From contig NC_087437.1 of NCBI RefSeq assembly GCF_036321535.1, positions 83,020,001 to 83,084,000 on the forward strand: a DNA stretch of 64,000 bases. Direction: 5' to 3'. This document shows, piece by piece, positions 26,014 through 40,181 of the stretch. Below the pieces are notes generated by a model, which saw nothing but the letters and a program-made list of their open reading frames with translations, searched no databases and was not told where the DNA came from. This stretch comes from Camelus dromedarius (lineage: Eukaryota). Position 1 is the first letter of the stretch. Every line of letters starts with the position of its first letter. Position numbers and translations under genes: made by a program.

Positions 26014-27265
26014 TGCAGGTAGAACACCCTTCCTTGGGGGAAACAGAATGCGTGCACCTTTGTTCCTCTCATTCCACTGGCCAGCACCACTGCCACTATG
26101 TGGCACTTAGCTATGTGTTAGAACTCCAGTCTTCTCTACCTGGAGTCTGCCTCCTTGGCAGGTGGTGAAATGTGTTTTAAGCACTGCAAGTTTCCATTAG
26201 GTGCTGTCAGTGATGGCTGGTGAGATGGCAGCTTGTCAAAGTCAGTTGCTTGATGAAAACTCATTCATACTTTTAGAATCATTTTATATGACTCGTTTAC
26301 AAACAATGACATTAAGTTTCCAAGAACTGGTTAAAGAGATCTAGATATTATAATTTTTATCAGGAAACTTCTCATGTTATTTTTGTTTCATGTGTTTTAT
26401 AAAGGTTCTGCCACAAAAATCTGTGGGATAAATTTAATTTTCACTAATTCAGTGAAGTTGAGACTTACTAGTAATTTTAGAAAGCAACTGGAAATGAAGA
26501 TGAAAATTCTACATTGTCATTACTGAAGTTTCTTTGATCATAATCTTTATATGTCTTTCTCTAGAGATCATATTATTGTAAAACACTCATTTTTATATTG
26601 ATAGATATTTAAGAATACTTGAAATTTTCTTAATCTCTGCATGTGTTACAATTCAATGATAACCTATAGTTAAACCCTAAAGTGACATCACTGTTACTTA
26701 AACAAGGGACATCTAAGTTGTAATTTTGATTTTTGTAGAACTATAATTTGTTAATGTTGGAATTCTCTGCACTTTTGAATGGGAAAGCTTGTAACCTTGG
26801 ATTCTAATATCTAAAAATTTCTATTGCAGACATTTCTATGTGGAGGTTTAAACTAGGAACAGTCCTGGGGATGTTGTGAATTTAGGAGCTGTTTCTCATT
26901 TGGGAAACATTTCTTTAATTAAAGCAGACAGCTAGTGTGAGAAGCTTGTAGGCTTTGTATAAATACATTTCTTTGAAGATGGATTAATTGAAATTATCCC
27001 TTTTTAAAATTAGAGATTCTGTAAGTCTGCTCTTAAGAGAAAATCACATTAAAGTTCTTTGTTCATGTAATAATATGAAATGTATTTTATTTTATTCATA
27101 ACATTGAAATTTGTAAGGAATAGTATCTTTGTACATATTATTAAGCATTTTCTTGGAATATGTTGAATGTATGGTTTTGTGTGACTTGTTAGGGCTAGAA
27201 AATGTGTGAATTCTTTAACTGTCTTCCCCCAGATGTGCTGATAAATTTTATTTTGAACTATACTA
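26014..27265 (+). other. CPOX: CPOX 3' UTR (3' end approximate)
   Basis: AT-rich, repeat-free stretch after the stop. Candidate poly(A) hexamers are ATTAAA at 26918 and 27048, and GATAAA at 27240 followed by a GT/T-rich tract at 27270-27295. Confidence 0.6.
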
Positions 27266-27369
27266 AGAAATGTTTGTATTTTTCTTTTTTTTTTTCAGAA
27301 TAATTGATATAGGGAAGATGAATATTTCTTAGTACTAAAACTGCTGTTCCTCATTTCTAAATATTTTAT

Positions 27370-27860
27370 CCAAGAAACATACAAGTTTTGCATTTGAATT
27401 TTCATAGGTGCTTTATTCATAATAGCCAAAATGTAGATATAATACAAATGCCCATTAGCAGATAAATAGGTAAATAAATTATGATACATCCATACGTTAA
27501 AATAGTACTCAGCAATGAGAAAGAACATTCATTGATAAATGCAATAACGTGGGTGAATATCAAAAAAGCATTATTGTAAATGAAGGAAGTCAGACACAAT
27601 AGCACTCACTGTGTAACTCCTTTCATGAAAACCTAGAAAAGTTAAAACCCTAGAAACAGAAGGCAGATCAGTGGTTGCCAGGGTCTGGGGCTGGGGAATT
27701 GACTGTGACGGAACAAAATACCTTGAGGTGGTAGAAGTGTCCTATGTATTGATTGTAGTGGGTACCAGACTGTATACATTTATCAGAACTCATGGAACTT
27801 GACACTTACGCACAATAAAATTCCATGGTTTTATGATTTATACTTCAACAAAGCTGGTTA
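27370..27860 (+). mobile_element. Old LINE-1 3' fragment (L1MB/ME-like)
   Basis: gctttattcataatagccaaaa...gcagatcagtggttgccaggg...tatacttcaacaaagct. Confidence 0.75.
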
Positions 27861-28489
27861 AATGGGAAAAATAACCCAATGATCCCATAATACACACATG
27901 TGGGAACAAATGTTCAAATAAACTTCAATTTACCTTTTACAGAATAAGTCCCTATCATATAGTTTTGCCAGCCTATTTAGTCGTGTTTAGGGCTATTGGG
28001 GTCTGGACATTGGACTAAGAAGAAATTTCAAAACTTTTCTGTGCATATTGTTTTTCATACTCTTCAATAATCATGTCTTTTTCTTACAGATGAGACTATG
28101 GGGAAAAAATGACAGCATTGTGTAACTATTGGAAAATCATTCTGCTGTTATCCAAACTTAAATTTCTCTTCCAAATTTATATTGATGTCTGAGTCTACTA
28201 GAGGCACAGCGTACACCTCCAAATGCCTTGAACACGTGTATTGGTGGTCATAAGGCATGGAAATTTTGGGGGTGGGACATAAATGCTTTGGAGCAAATTT
28301 CTAACTACCACTTTATACCCATCACTGTTCTCTACTTACCCACCTATTCAACTGAGTAATTAATGAGATAAAAACTTCTGCTAAAGAGCACCAGAATAGA
28401 AGGCCAAATAATGTTTTTTTTTTTTTTAATGATTTATCCTTCCAGGAGTCTTTTGCTGTTAAAATTTATCAATGCTGGAATCATCTGCT

Positions 28490-28770
28490 GGTTTTTTACT
28501 TACATGTCTGTGGGAAGGCTAGGCTTAGCTTGGACTGTGGACCTAGTGCCTACAGGTGGCTCACAACACGCATTCTACCCATCAAGGCAGAGGCGGTTGC
28601 CTTCTGATCTAATCCCAGGGATTATGTAATGTCACTTCCTTCACATTCCATTGGTTACAAGTGAGTCATTAAGACCAGCTCCCAATTCAAAGAGAAGGAA
28701 TTAGATCCCAGAGTTTCTCAATGGGAGGAGTGTCAAGGATTTGTGGTCATCATGAAAACCACCACGTAGC
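28490..28770 (-). mobile_element. MaLR (MLT1-like) LTR fragment
   Basis: gtcacttccttcacattccattggtt...caattcaaagagaaggaattagat. Confidence 0.5.
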
Positions 28771-30396
28771 CTTTCACGACCAAAACCACAAAATAATTTG
28801 ACTTTCTCTCCTTCATTGCTCAAATCAAATCCCATTGAGTCTACCTTTGAAGTGTTCCTTATTTCCTGCCTCTGCCCGCCACCCACTACTTAGGTCCCAC
28901 ATTCCCTCTCACCTGAATATTTGCAATTCCCTCCTTGCCTTTGGTCACTATGACCTCCATTCTCTCCCTTCAGAATTTCTTCCCCAAATCCCATTATTGT
29001 TGCCCTCCTCTAATATTCTAAGCATCCTCCCTTCTCCTACAGAAAACTTTCTGAATTAAGCCTGACTTTGAAAGCAATCTACCATTTGAACCCAAACCTC
29101 GCTTTTCAGCCTTATCTTCTCCTTCATTCCTCCCCTGCTCATCACTCACCGTTTTCCTGAACATTCCCTTAATTCTCTTCCATCTGACCTTTGCTCAGGT
29201 GGCTGCTTTCTCTGCTTGGAATCTCTTATCATCCCTCTCAGTGCATTTTACCTTTGGTATTGCTATCATCACAGTCTGGCTTCATAGTCATTCAGTGCAC
29301 ACTACACTTATTTCAAAATATTTAAGATGGGTCTTTTTCTCATTTATAAAGTCTGCTACCTTATGAATGACCTGTTAACCTTTGTATTCCAACATTGTTT
29401 TGCAATATTGTTTGACTTTCTATATAACTGTCTCATTCCTGGTCTGTGGAGACTGAGGTTCCCAGTATACATCTCTTAAGAGCCCATTTAGAAAAAATTT
29501 TAAGGATGTTTGTACTATCTCTGCCACAAGTATTAACTATGTGTCTGAAATCCTACATTTAAAAAAAGTTGGTCCTTCTTTCCAAAGACACACATGTGTA
29601 AGTTCCAATTTCACAGTAAACCTGTACTACCACATTTAAGTTAGGGAGCTTGGACATTTACAATATTGCTTCACTAAATACCTTTGTATTATAACCTGAA
29701 TCCGAGTCATGGGTCATGCAACGTAAAACCTCACAGACTTGTTTCTGCAGGTGGTTTTATGCCAGATACACACCAGCATATACCAGCAGAGCAAGGTAAT
29801 TAAACTGCATTCTGTCTTCCAATAAGTGTACTTGGTTTTGATTCTAGAAGTTAAACTCGTTAGTATTTTAAAGTATCCTTCACCTATTCCTGTTCACATT
29901 TCAAAACATGTTTGAACATAAAACTAGGCATAATCTAATCCATCATGGTTTCAATGAGTTGACAGTCACTTAGGAAAGCGAGCTGGTTTTGTGATCATCT
30001 AGAGATACAGCATTGACTCTCGTGGATGTATGTGCTTATGAAGTGGGTAGGGAGGTACCAAACTAAAGTTCACAATCAAGTTGTACCAGTCGAACACCTC
30101 TGTTACCTAGCAACAAATGAATAATGCATTTGTAAATGAAAATCTTCATAGTGATTTATCTATGCTTATTTGCGCTTAGTGCTGGTCAGCGTTGCTTCCA
30201 TTTTCTGATTTGACGAGGCAGCCTGAGGCTTTTAGAATCCTCCATGCCTACTGCTTGCCATCTTTCTAACCCTGGGTATTACATGCAGAGTTTCAAACCA
30301 ATTTATCGATTTATTACAATTCAGGTTATAGTTTAACTATTAAAAATAACTAATTTGGCAGATATCCTCAAAGAATATTTCTAATAATATGGATAT

Positions 30397-30863
30397 TGTC
30401 AACTGAAAAAAATGCACAACCTGAAAGTTGAGAATTATGTTTTATTAGTGACCTTACTGAGAATTATAGCCAGGACAGCAGCCTCTCAGATTGCTCTAGG
30501 GAACAGTCCCAAAGAAGTAGGGGAGGAGCTAGGATATATGGGAGTTTTCGCTAAAAAAAAAAAACCAAACCAAAACAAACAAACAAAAACCCCCTAAAAA
30601 ACCATGTAGTTAAACATCAAAAGATTACTGCCAATCACAAAAAAACCCCAGACATCTCAAGTTAATAATTTTAGTGTCTTTCTTTGTATGGGAAAATGCA
30701 AAGGGCTTTGAAATTACTCCTTTGATATGTATCTGAACTATGTAAAGCCAGTGTCCTGTTTTTCTCTATCCTGAATCCCCTCAGGGTGCACTATTGGGGG
30801 CAACTGCAGTGGCTGATGGCATCCTTTGTTTACTGATAAGCCAGGCAACATTCTTTGTCTACA
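30397..30863 (-). mobile_element. ERV1-type solo LTR with TSD
   Basis: TG...CA termini, perfect 4-bp ATAT duplication (30393-30396 and 30864-30867), AATAAA on the minus strand near its 3' end. Confidence 0.8.
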
Positions 30864-31561
30864 ATATCAATACCCATTAACTATTGCTGCAAGTAATTTT
30901 TAGTTCTTTAATGTGTCCTTGATCTTACATGCTATTCAACAAGAGAGTGGTCCTTAAAAATAATGTGAATGGTTCTATGGAACAAAGAACAAGCACCTGC
31001 TTTTCATCTTTACCTCTCCCACTGTTTTAGTTATGTGAGGGAGATGTCGTATCTCTCCTGCAGTAGCAGAAGATAGTGTTCTCAGCTCTAGCTGAGCAGA
31101 GACAAGCAATCCCTGCTGTGCCCTATCAGACAAAATTCCTGACTCACAGAATCTGTGAGCATAATAGAATGGCTGCCCTTTTATGTCACTAAATTTAGAG
31201 TGGCTAGTTAAATAGCAGTGGATGACTGGAACAGGTTGGATGCCATTAAACAAATAAGGAGAGTGGATTTGATGAGCTTGCCATGCCTGCAAGGTATCTG
31301 TACCAGTATTTGGAGATGTGAGTGTAGAGCTCAGCTAGAAACGTGTATTTGCCGACTGTTTTTGTGAAGGTGAGAATTGGAGAAGTAGGTGAGCCGTTTG
31401 AGGAAGTGTGTGCAGTGTAATAAGGGAGAGTCAAAGATTGAACTGAGGGTGGAGAAATGGGCAGGGAAAGAAAGAGGTGTTGGGAAGGGTCCTGAGAGCA
31501 GCTCACTGAACCATTGGAGTAGGGAGGAAAGGAATCAAAAGGGACAACTTGGGTGTGATTG

Positions 31562-31912
31562 TGTTGCTGGAGAATAGATTCTTGCCTTGCACAGGACACA
31601 ATTCAAGAGCGAGGCTGAGAATGCAAGAGAGAGAGTGACCACAGAGGAGGGGAGTTGTTGGTTTTAATGGGCTCGGTAATTTCATACGCTAGTGAGTAGG
31701 AGAATTAATCTAACTACTTTGGGCCCCTGCCCTCTTTCTGGCCGTTTATGGTCAACCTAGGAACTGTCATGGCACCTGTGGGTGTGCCATGAGGCTCAAG
31801 GTCTACTAGAATTCGAATTTTCCACCATCTTGGTTCTAACCAGTTTGTCCTGTTCTCAATTGCTGTGTCATTCCTTCAGTGGTGGTGTCCTGCCCCTTTC
31901 CCTCCTGTCTCA
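31562..31912 (-). mobile_element. ERV-type solo LTR
   Basis: TG...CA termini with near-identical 4-bp flanks ATTG/GTTG; LTR-like text (ccatcttggttctaacc). Orientation inferred. Confidence 0.6.
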
Positions 31913-34900
31913 GTTGTAATCAGGGTTAAAACATTAACTATGTGTCCACATATAAGAGGATCTATTAAAATAGCACACGCTCCAAGTAACATGTTTGATA
32001 AATCAGGAATTAAATTCAGATTTTTAGAAATGATCCTAGTCGATAAATTACCAAGGTCTTCTTAGGTACTGAAATTTAGGTCATAAAGTTATTTCCATTG
32101 ACATGTCAGGTAGTGTTTCCAGTTTCTCAAGTTGTGTTTAAATATGAAATGCTTTGAAGAGCCAGTAGGTGGAGCCCATTTGCTCCAGTATATCATGAGA
32201 GTTTTGTTTTGCTGGATGGTGGGTGGGGAGGAGGAGAAACTGAAGAGAAGGAGGAAGAGAAGACAGAGATGGGGACAGTGAGAGAGAGGCAGAGAACAGG
32301 ACAGCAAAAGAGGAGAAGGAGGCAGGAAAGGAGAGAAGATGAGAGAGAAAGGAGAGCTCTCCTCACTGAACCATGGAATTGTTGGAGAAATTATCTAAAG
32401 GAGTTATTACATATTTATTCAAGCAGTGATGTTTATATCTCATCAGATGGCTCCATGGTGTTTCATTTCTGTCTTGATTACAGAGACAGTCTGAAGTTGG
32501 AAATGTCTGTCATCCCAGTAATGTTGAATGTGTAAAGTACAGTGTGCACCTTGAGTTCCTAGAACTGTGAATTGCCTGAAATCATGAGAAAATGTGTGCA
32601 TTTTTCTTAGAGTCTGTATTGCTAATTTCACCCTCAAAAGGATGCATGATCCTGAAAAGGCTGAGGACCACTCATCTAAATTGGGAGGGTGTCTATACCC
32701 CAGGGCGTGCAAGAGATATTTCAGTGAGGAAAGGTAAGAAAACATTTTTATCCTTTCAAAAGTTCTATTTTTGTTTGTAATTTAATTATTTGTTCATAAT
32801 AAATTAGTACATTAATGTGTATATTTAATTCACAAATAAGCAAGGATATTTGGGGGAGTGTGAAATTAGTGACATAGGATCAAAAAAATTCAAAATTTGC
32901 TTGTACAAATACAAATACATGTTTATGCTTTTAAGGACTAAAAATGCAATTGGAAAAATCAGAACACAGAATATCTTGATAAAGTAAAGAAAGAAAACAT
33001 AAGAACACTTAAGTTTGTCTTACCTCTGGCTGGAGTCACAGGGGAGGAAATGGAAATATGCTAATTTCTTATTGGTTTTAGAGGGAACTAATGGATGCTG
33101 TCTAAAGAAAGGGAGAACTAAGATGTTGAATAAAGATGTAATAATAGAGGTATTCAGTAGATAAAAAATATAAACCAGAATTATCCACAAAAAACACAAA
33201 CATAGAGTGAAAAAAAAAGCAACCTGTAGAATAATACATATGACATGATTCCATTTGTGTAAAATTCAAAAGATGCAGAGCTAGGCCATAGACTGTTTTT
33301 AGGTGATAAAACTCTGATGAAAAACCAAGGACAAATCCAGGTTCTGGGGAGAAGGGTCGAGGCAGGGCTTCCAGAGGGCTTCACACTAAGCAGTGTCCTA
33401 TTTCTTGAACTGGATTCTTTTACACAAGGGACCATTTCAGTATTTCAATATATTTCTTAATAGCCTCATATTTTCTAAATATTAATATATTAAATATTTA
33501 ATTATATATTTTAAACTAGGGGCAGAAAAATTCTTTTAAATTCTGATAGCAACATGTACCTACCTTCCTGGATTTTCTTTTTGGCATCCTGATATGTGTT
33601 TCTTTAAAACCAAGTATTTTTCCCCTAAATTTAAATTCATGCTGTACTTTGTGGCAATTTTAGAAAATACAAGTATCAAGAAGGAAATAATCATCACATT
33701 TTATACCACCGTTCAGAAATAACCACAACCTCTCAATATGTTGGTGTATTGCTAGCTATTTCATGCATATTTGAATTTAGTTAAATCATACTGTGTGTAC
33801 AATTTTGTCTCCTAATTTCCCCCCTTAACTTTATATCTTAAGTACTTCCCTCTGTTATTTAAAACCTTCAGAGGCAGAGGACAGGCTGGCACTGAAAATA
33901 GGGGTTTTCTTGAAAAGTGAGCCACTGACTACTGCCTACCCCTTTCCTTCAGGGGAATTTGGCCTCCAGCTGGGCAGGAGATTCCAGGGCTCTTTTCCAG
34001 AAAACAATTTTATAGAATAGTTCTAGAGGGAAAAAAAACCCAAACAAAAACAAAATCTTTACCCTGGGAGGGAGCTTTGATATTTTCACCTCACAATGAT
34101 TAGCTCTTTCTTTTACCCACCTCTCATCACCACCTGCACTACCCCATCCCTCAGTCAAATTTTTAGTGCCTCTTTAAGGGCATGGATCATCAGAGATTTG
34201 AGGGAAATCTCCAAATATCTGAGAAGAGAGAGAGAGAAGCAAAGACAATAGACAGACCTCTAGTTATTTAGTAATGTAGAGGTAAACAAAAGATAAATCT
34301 AGAAGACTTAAAAGTTGTTGATTTTGGAGAGCAGGACTAGGGTTGTATACCCATGGGACGGAGAATTGCTGTTTCTCATTTTAAGCCTTTGATTTTGTTT
34401 TTAACTGCTGGCATTTATTAGATTAATTTTAAAAAATTTAAAAGTAAAAGTCATGAATTTTTTTAAGATCTCAAAAATTCTTTTTAAGATCTCAAAACAC
34501 TGTTTTCATTATATATACTTTCCTATCAGATAGGTGTTTTTTATCAGAAAGAACTTTCCATTGATTTTTTTTTTAATCATGAGTTGCCATCACCTTATCA
34601 GTGTTTTAAAGAACTCTTCCTGTTTTTAACCTCATGTTAAGATTTATTAAATTCATGTTATCTTCTAACTAGTTTAAGGGATCAATATAGTCATAGAAAA
34701 GAATTACTTAATAGGTTCTAATAATTCTTCAAGATTCATAGAACTTTCAGTGTGGCACTAAAGTTTCTTTTCTATCTGTGCTGGTAAGTAAAATTAATAT
34801 TCATAAAATTCAAACTACAGTTACAGATTTCATACATGTCAAGGCATATGGGGAAGGTATTTCAGAGGTGGAGTGCTGGACAGTGTCTCAGATGTGTGAC

Positions 34901-36447
34901 CTCTTTAAAGTTTCTGCTTGGGAGATTATAAGTTATACTGAAATCAATGACCATCTAACGACTTGACCACTGTTTCTGGGGTTATGTTCTCTAAACATAG
35001 CAGCCCTCTGGCTCAACCACAAAAGCATCTCATGAGTTATAGAGGAACTTAAGCATAGTTGTGTTTGTAAAGAAAGAAACCTAAAAAAAAAAAACAAACA
35101 TATTCTGGTTTTTATAGCTCTACTTAGTTTTCTTCAGATTCTATTCTAATGACAACTTGAAGGGCTGAAGCTACCAGTGGTTGAAAACCTCAACATGGTT
35201 TCCTTGGCAATCAATAGAATACAAATAGAAATGAAAGTTACCCAGTGAAAGAACAAAACCCCACAACTCCTCACCGCTCCCCCTTGATCCCCTCCAAATT
35301 GGAGGAAGTTCAGCTGAAGGAATGAGCCAGCCTGGGGCTTGGAAGAAAATATCTGGCCTCCCTGGACTGACGATCACACAATCCTTGTGCTGCCCCTACA
35401 GCGTCATTAATTCCTGGTGGGGTTGGTGAGATACAACACAGGAGAGCAAGGAGACTGACTGAAGGACACTTTCTGTTTGGGAAAAACTAGTTCCTAGATG
35501 AAGGATGCTTCTTCATGAAGTCTGTGGGCTTTCTCTCAGAGTTGTTACATGGTTTGGTTTCTCACCGGCCAGGTTCTCATGTGGGCAGGTGGGTGGAGCC
35601 CTCTCACTCCTGCTCTATTTTTGTGGTGTGACATTCTGAGTTCACTGTTGTTTGTTCCTCATTATTTTTTAGTGTCTCGTAATAATCGGAGATAAAGTCA
35701 GAAATGCCCTAAGCTCCTCTTTTTGACATAGCATGAAATTTTACCTGGATTTTTATTAATTTGGAGTTAGAAGCATACACATTTTGAAAAGCATATGTAC
35801 ATAGATAGCATAGGATCGTGTTTGCATTAACTATGTGTTGTATCCTTGAACCCTTTAATTTTCTTCCACCAGAAAATATTTTTAATTTGACAATTTTCAC
35901 AAAAATTTAAGTAGGCATACTAACACCAAACTCATTTTCCATTTTGTAACTCACCTTTTTTTTTTAAGAGAGTTTTTGGTTCTTGCTTACATCTCTGTGG
36001 TTTGATGTTTTATCCTTTGGATTAACTTCAATACTTTCTCTTCTGTTACTAAGATACTTTCACACACAATTGGACTTCTGTCTCTCCTCATGATTTTCTT
36101 CTTAGGTTTGGATAATTCATATGTTCCTTCCTTTTATGTAGAAATCTAAATCTAGCTTTAAATAATTGCTTCAAATAAAGAGAATCTATTTATTTATACT
36201 TCTAACTTATCCTGAAAAGGAATTAAGGTGATTTATAATAACACATAAAATATATTAGGATGTATTCAATTAAAAGTAAGAAAAGTTGGCAAGAGGAAAG
36301 TAATGTTGGAAAATTAAGAAGCCAGGAGTGAGATCAGTACCGAAGTACCTTGCCAAATGGAGCCACAGTATGGCTTGGTGCTCTATCGCTGGTTTTTGTT
36401 CACCAGCTTCAGGTCCCTTTCTTGAAGCCTGAGGACTACAACCCGCC

Positions 36448-36866
36448 TGTATTAGTCAGGGTTCTCCAGAGAAACTGATCCTATAGGAGATATATGTCTA
36501 TCTCAAGAGATTTATTTGAATGAATTGGCTCATGCAAGTATGGAGGCTGCCAAGTCTCATCCTAAGCAGTTCAGGTTCTAAGGCCATCAGTCTGGAGGCC
36601 TAGGGAAGAGCCAGTGCTGTCATACAAGTCCACGTGAAGGCTGTCTGCTGGCAGAATTTCCTCTTGCTCCAGAAGCTCAGTCTTTTATCCTGTTCAGCCC
36701 TTCAGTTGATTGGAAGAGGCCCACCCACATTATGGAGAGCAATCTGCTTTACTCACTTAAATGTTAGTCTCCATGAAAAACACCCTCCTGGAAATACCCA
36801 GAATAATGTTTGACTACGTATCTGGGCACCGTGACCCAGCCAAGTTGACATAAATTAACCATCACA
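36448..36866 (-). mobile_element. MLT2-like (ERVL) solo LTR
   Basis: tgtattagtcagggttctccagaga...caagttgacataaattaaccatcaca; degenerate 5-bp flanks CCGCC/CCACT. Confidence 0.85.
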
Positions 36867-37669
36867 CCACTGACGCCTGCTCCTTGCCTTTACCAACCAC
36901 TTGACGTTTTTCGTGTGTGCATCCCCCCTTCCGTTTCCCCTAATCCAGGAAGATTCTCTGTATCTTTTTTCTCACTCCATACACTAAAGAGACTCAGAAT
37001 TCCAAAGGGGTCATCAGGCCATGAGTCCATGTTTCCCAGGACTGGGTGAAGCAACTCTCCTCTCAGGTGGCCGGCAACTGCCTCTGAGTCAGCCCCTCGG
37101 CTATCCTGGGCTTCCTGCTAACCTCTCCTCCAACAGTCCAGCCTCCAAGCTCTTGGTAAAAATTCCTTACATTGTTGCAGGCCTGTCATGAGCCACCATT
37201 TCTGCTAAAGGGTTTCACAGTAGGAAGTAGCTTTGCTGACACATTTTCTGGGGCTATGAAGCCAGCACACAGGCCTGGGGCTTTAACAATTTACCTAATC
37301 CCCAGTGACGATGAAGCAATAGGACAGTTCCTGGGAAAGTTTCCCAGGACCTAGCAGTCCAGTACGTCTCTGTGACTAGAGGGGAGTCGTGCTCCTTTCG
37401 TCCAGCTCTTGCTCCCCTGAAGAACAGAGCCCAGACCAGAGTCGGGGGTGTGGGAATTAGTTGCCGTCCCTGGGAGGCTTCTGAGTCTTGTGAGGAGAAA
37501 CAAAAACAAAAATGAAATAAGACAAATAAGTGACAACACAAAAACATTTATCGACGGAGACTCATACAAAGTCTGTATCGTTCCCCCTTTTCCTTTTTTA
37601 ACCAGCTACCAGAGGACCCTTCAATGCATAACGACCATTTCTGAAACCGTTGATAATATTCCCGTACGA

Positions 37670-37850
37670 TCTGAGCCCAGATCTCAGACCAGTCACAGCT
37701 GTGTGATCTAGGGAAAGTCACACCGACTCTACTCTCAAGTTACCACATCTGTAAAACAGAATGAGTAATGTGTTCCTTTCAAAATTACTGTGAGAGGTAG
37801 CTGAGATAATGCATGGGAAAGAGTTCTGTAAACTGTTCAGTGTATCCAAA
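37670..37850 (+). mobile_element. MIR SINE
   Basis: agctgtgtgatctagggaaagtcac...catctgtaaaac...gagataatgcatg. Confidence 0.7.
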
Positions 37851-38674
37851 CGTCACCTATTTAGTAAATCAGTTAAAGCCATACTGAAGACATTAAAACA
37901 ATTGATTAGATATATCATAAATGGAAAACTAGATAAATAATTAGTTATCACTTTAGAAGTAGGAAGAGGAGTAGATGAGATTAGTCAGGAAGAAGAGTTT
38001 AGTCATTTGCATGCTCACGCGCTCCCCTTCACAGTGGAAAATATAAACATGCTGTGTGTTTACATTGTATAAGATAGAAGTGTCAGTAAATTGCTTTTCA
38101 CTTTCTCTGGTCAACATCAAAAACAAAATTTTAAAGCTAAGAAATTTGAGTAATCTGATAGAGGAATTTTTCTGGAAAAGAGAAAATTCAGTGATAGATA
38201 TTTACACATATACCAAAATATTAAACATTCTTTTATATGTAGGTATGTTTTATTTGTCAAGGAAATAACACGTTACTCTGTGTATTTTCATTGTTTTATA
38301 TATCATTGTTTCCCACCTATTGTTTAACTTTTTGATTCTCTTACTATTTTTTTCCCCCTTTGTGGTCAATTGTGCTTCACAGACCACCTCAGATTAGCTG
38401 AGAATGTCATACTCGTGAGAGCATCTGAAAGCCATGCCACATCAAAGGTGGGCAGAAGAATTCGTTTCTGGCTCTTCTCTCCTCACCTTGAGAGTCTGCC
38501 CCAGTGGCCCCTACCACTCCCACCCATAACCATCTCACTCCACTTTGAACCCCAGCATATTTCATATCTGTAACTCTCATCTGCTTCTCATGTACCACTA
38601 GGTAACATTATTTATCTCTTTGTAAGCTCAGATTTATGCTCAAATGCTCCATTTCCCCTCACACTAGCTAATAC

Positions 38675-38830
38675 TAGTAGGGGTTTTACTACATGCCAGG
38701 CACTGTTGTAAAATTGCATGAGTTAACTTATTCAGTATTTGAAAGGATCCTATGAGAGAGGTGCTATTATGTCCATTGCATATGTGAGAAAAAAGGCAGG
38801 GTAGATAGATGACATATTTGCTCAACACCC
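38675..38830 (-). mobile_element. MIR SINE fragment
   Basis: actacatgccaggcactgtt...atcctatgagagaggtgctattat. Confidence 0.6.
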
Positions 38831-39629
38831 CAGAGCCAACTGTCCAGCCTCAAGTGGTTTGGCTTCGAAGCTGTAATGGGAACCACTGAGTTACAGAAGC
38901 TCGTAGGTGCCAAGACCTTGCCTCCCAGCATCTTACCATGATTTGCATTCAGTAAGGGATGGTAAGGTCTTGTGGTTGTTGCTCTGTGAAAACAAATCCT
39001 GTTGTTATGAACAAAATAAGGAAACAAGGACTAGAGAACTTATGAATGCTATTTTTATGGTTTTCTCCTTTTTTTTCTCATATTAAATTAAAATTTTTAG
39101 ATTAAGCTAGTTTGTACTGAGTTCAAAATCAAGGAATGTTAATGGTATCGAGGGTTTTCTGGCACTGATTCTTTTTTCTTAGTGTCAGCCTGTGGTTTGG
39201 TGACATAACTATAGAAACATGGATAGAAACTCCCTATTATGTGACAAACCACTTCCTGTGTCTGTTTATTCATTTATCTGCAGTGTCTTAGCTAAACCCT
39301 TCTCCACTTGTAGGGCCCTATAATGGCAGCTGTATCTCACTATGTGGATCTTAAAACATTGCAGAGTGCTGAAGAACATGTATTTGGTACCTAGGTTTCA
39401 AGGCTAGAATTTTATGTAAATCCTGTGTACATAGCATGGTAGGAAGGATTACCTGTGCTAATCTATGTAAAGCAGTGTCACACCCATAATAGGCACTTTT
39501 TAAGTGTTTACTATTGTTTTTAAAACCCCACAATCTCAGGATATATATTTAATCCAGCCTTGTGCAATCAGAAGCTTTAACTCAGTTCAATGTGAAGGAT
39601 AACAAAGGGAAGCTTCTATTCTCATAGGA

Positions 39630-39900
39630 ACATCAGAACTTTGATTTGAAAGGGAACCCAATGGTAAGCTGCTCCCATTTCTCTGTACTATACCTAACAG
39701 GTAATTACGTTTCTGCTTGAATATGCCCAGTGATGGGGAGCTTACTACTTCTCAGGAAAGTTCATTCCCTGATTGAATAGTTTAATTCTGAATAAGCTTA
39801 TACTTTTTATTGAACAGAGAACTAACCTTCTATAAATTCTACTCATTGGTTCCAAGGATGGGTCATCTAAGCAGCGGTCTTCCATTTCCTTGGACAGAAC
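39630..39900. mobile_element. CR1/L3 LINE fragment
   Basis: tctgcttgaatatgcccagtgatggggagcttactacttc motif typical of L3. Confidence 0.5.
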
Positions 39901-40181
39901 TGCTTCATGAATTCTTAATATCTTTGATTCAATTTTAATTTTTTCAAAAGTACATTTTTGAATTATTTGCCAAAACTGAAATTCCAAAGAAAAGTGTGCA
40001 ACATCCTTGGGAAGACTGCTTAGCTTCTCCAATTCTCAGCTTTTTAATCTGTAAAATGGATATAATTAGTAAGTGAATAATAAGCAGTTAATAAATGTTA
40101 GCTACATCTTTATAATTATTATCATTGTATTATTAGCATTTGATACAAGCTGTTAGGAGGCTTCTTTAAAACTCTGTAACT

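Noticed and set aside
32209..32535. 108-aa Glu/Arg-rich ORF
   Set aside because: Product of a purine-rich low-complexity tract; no splice or homology support.
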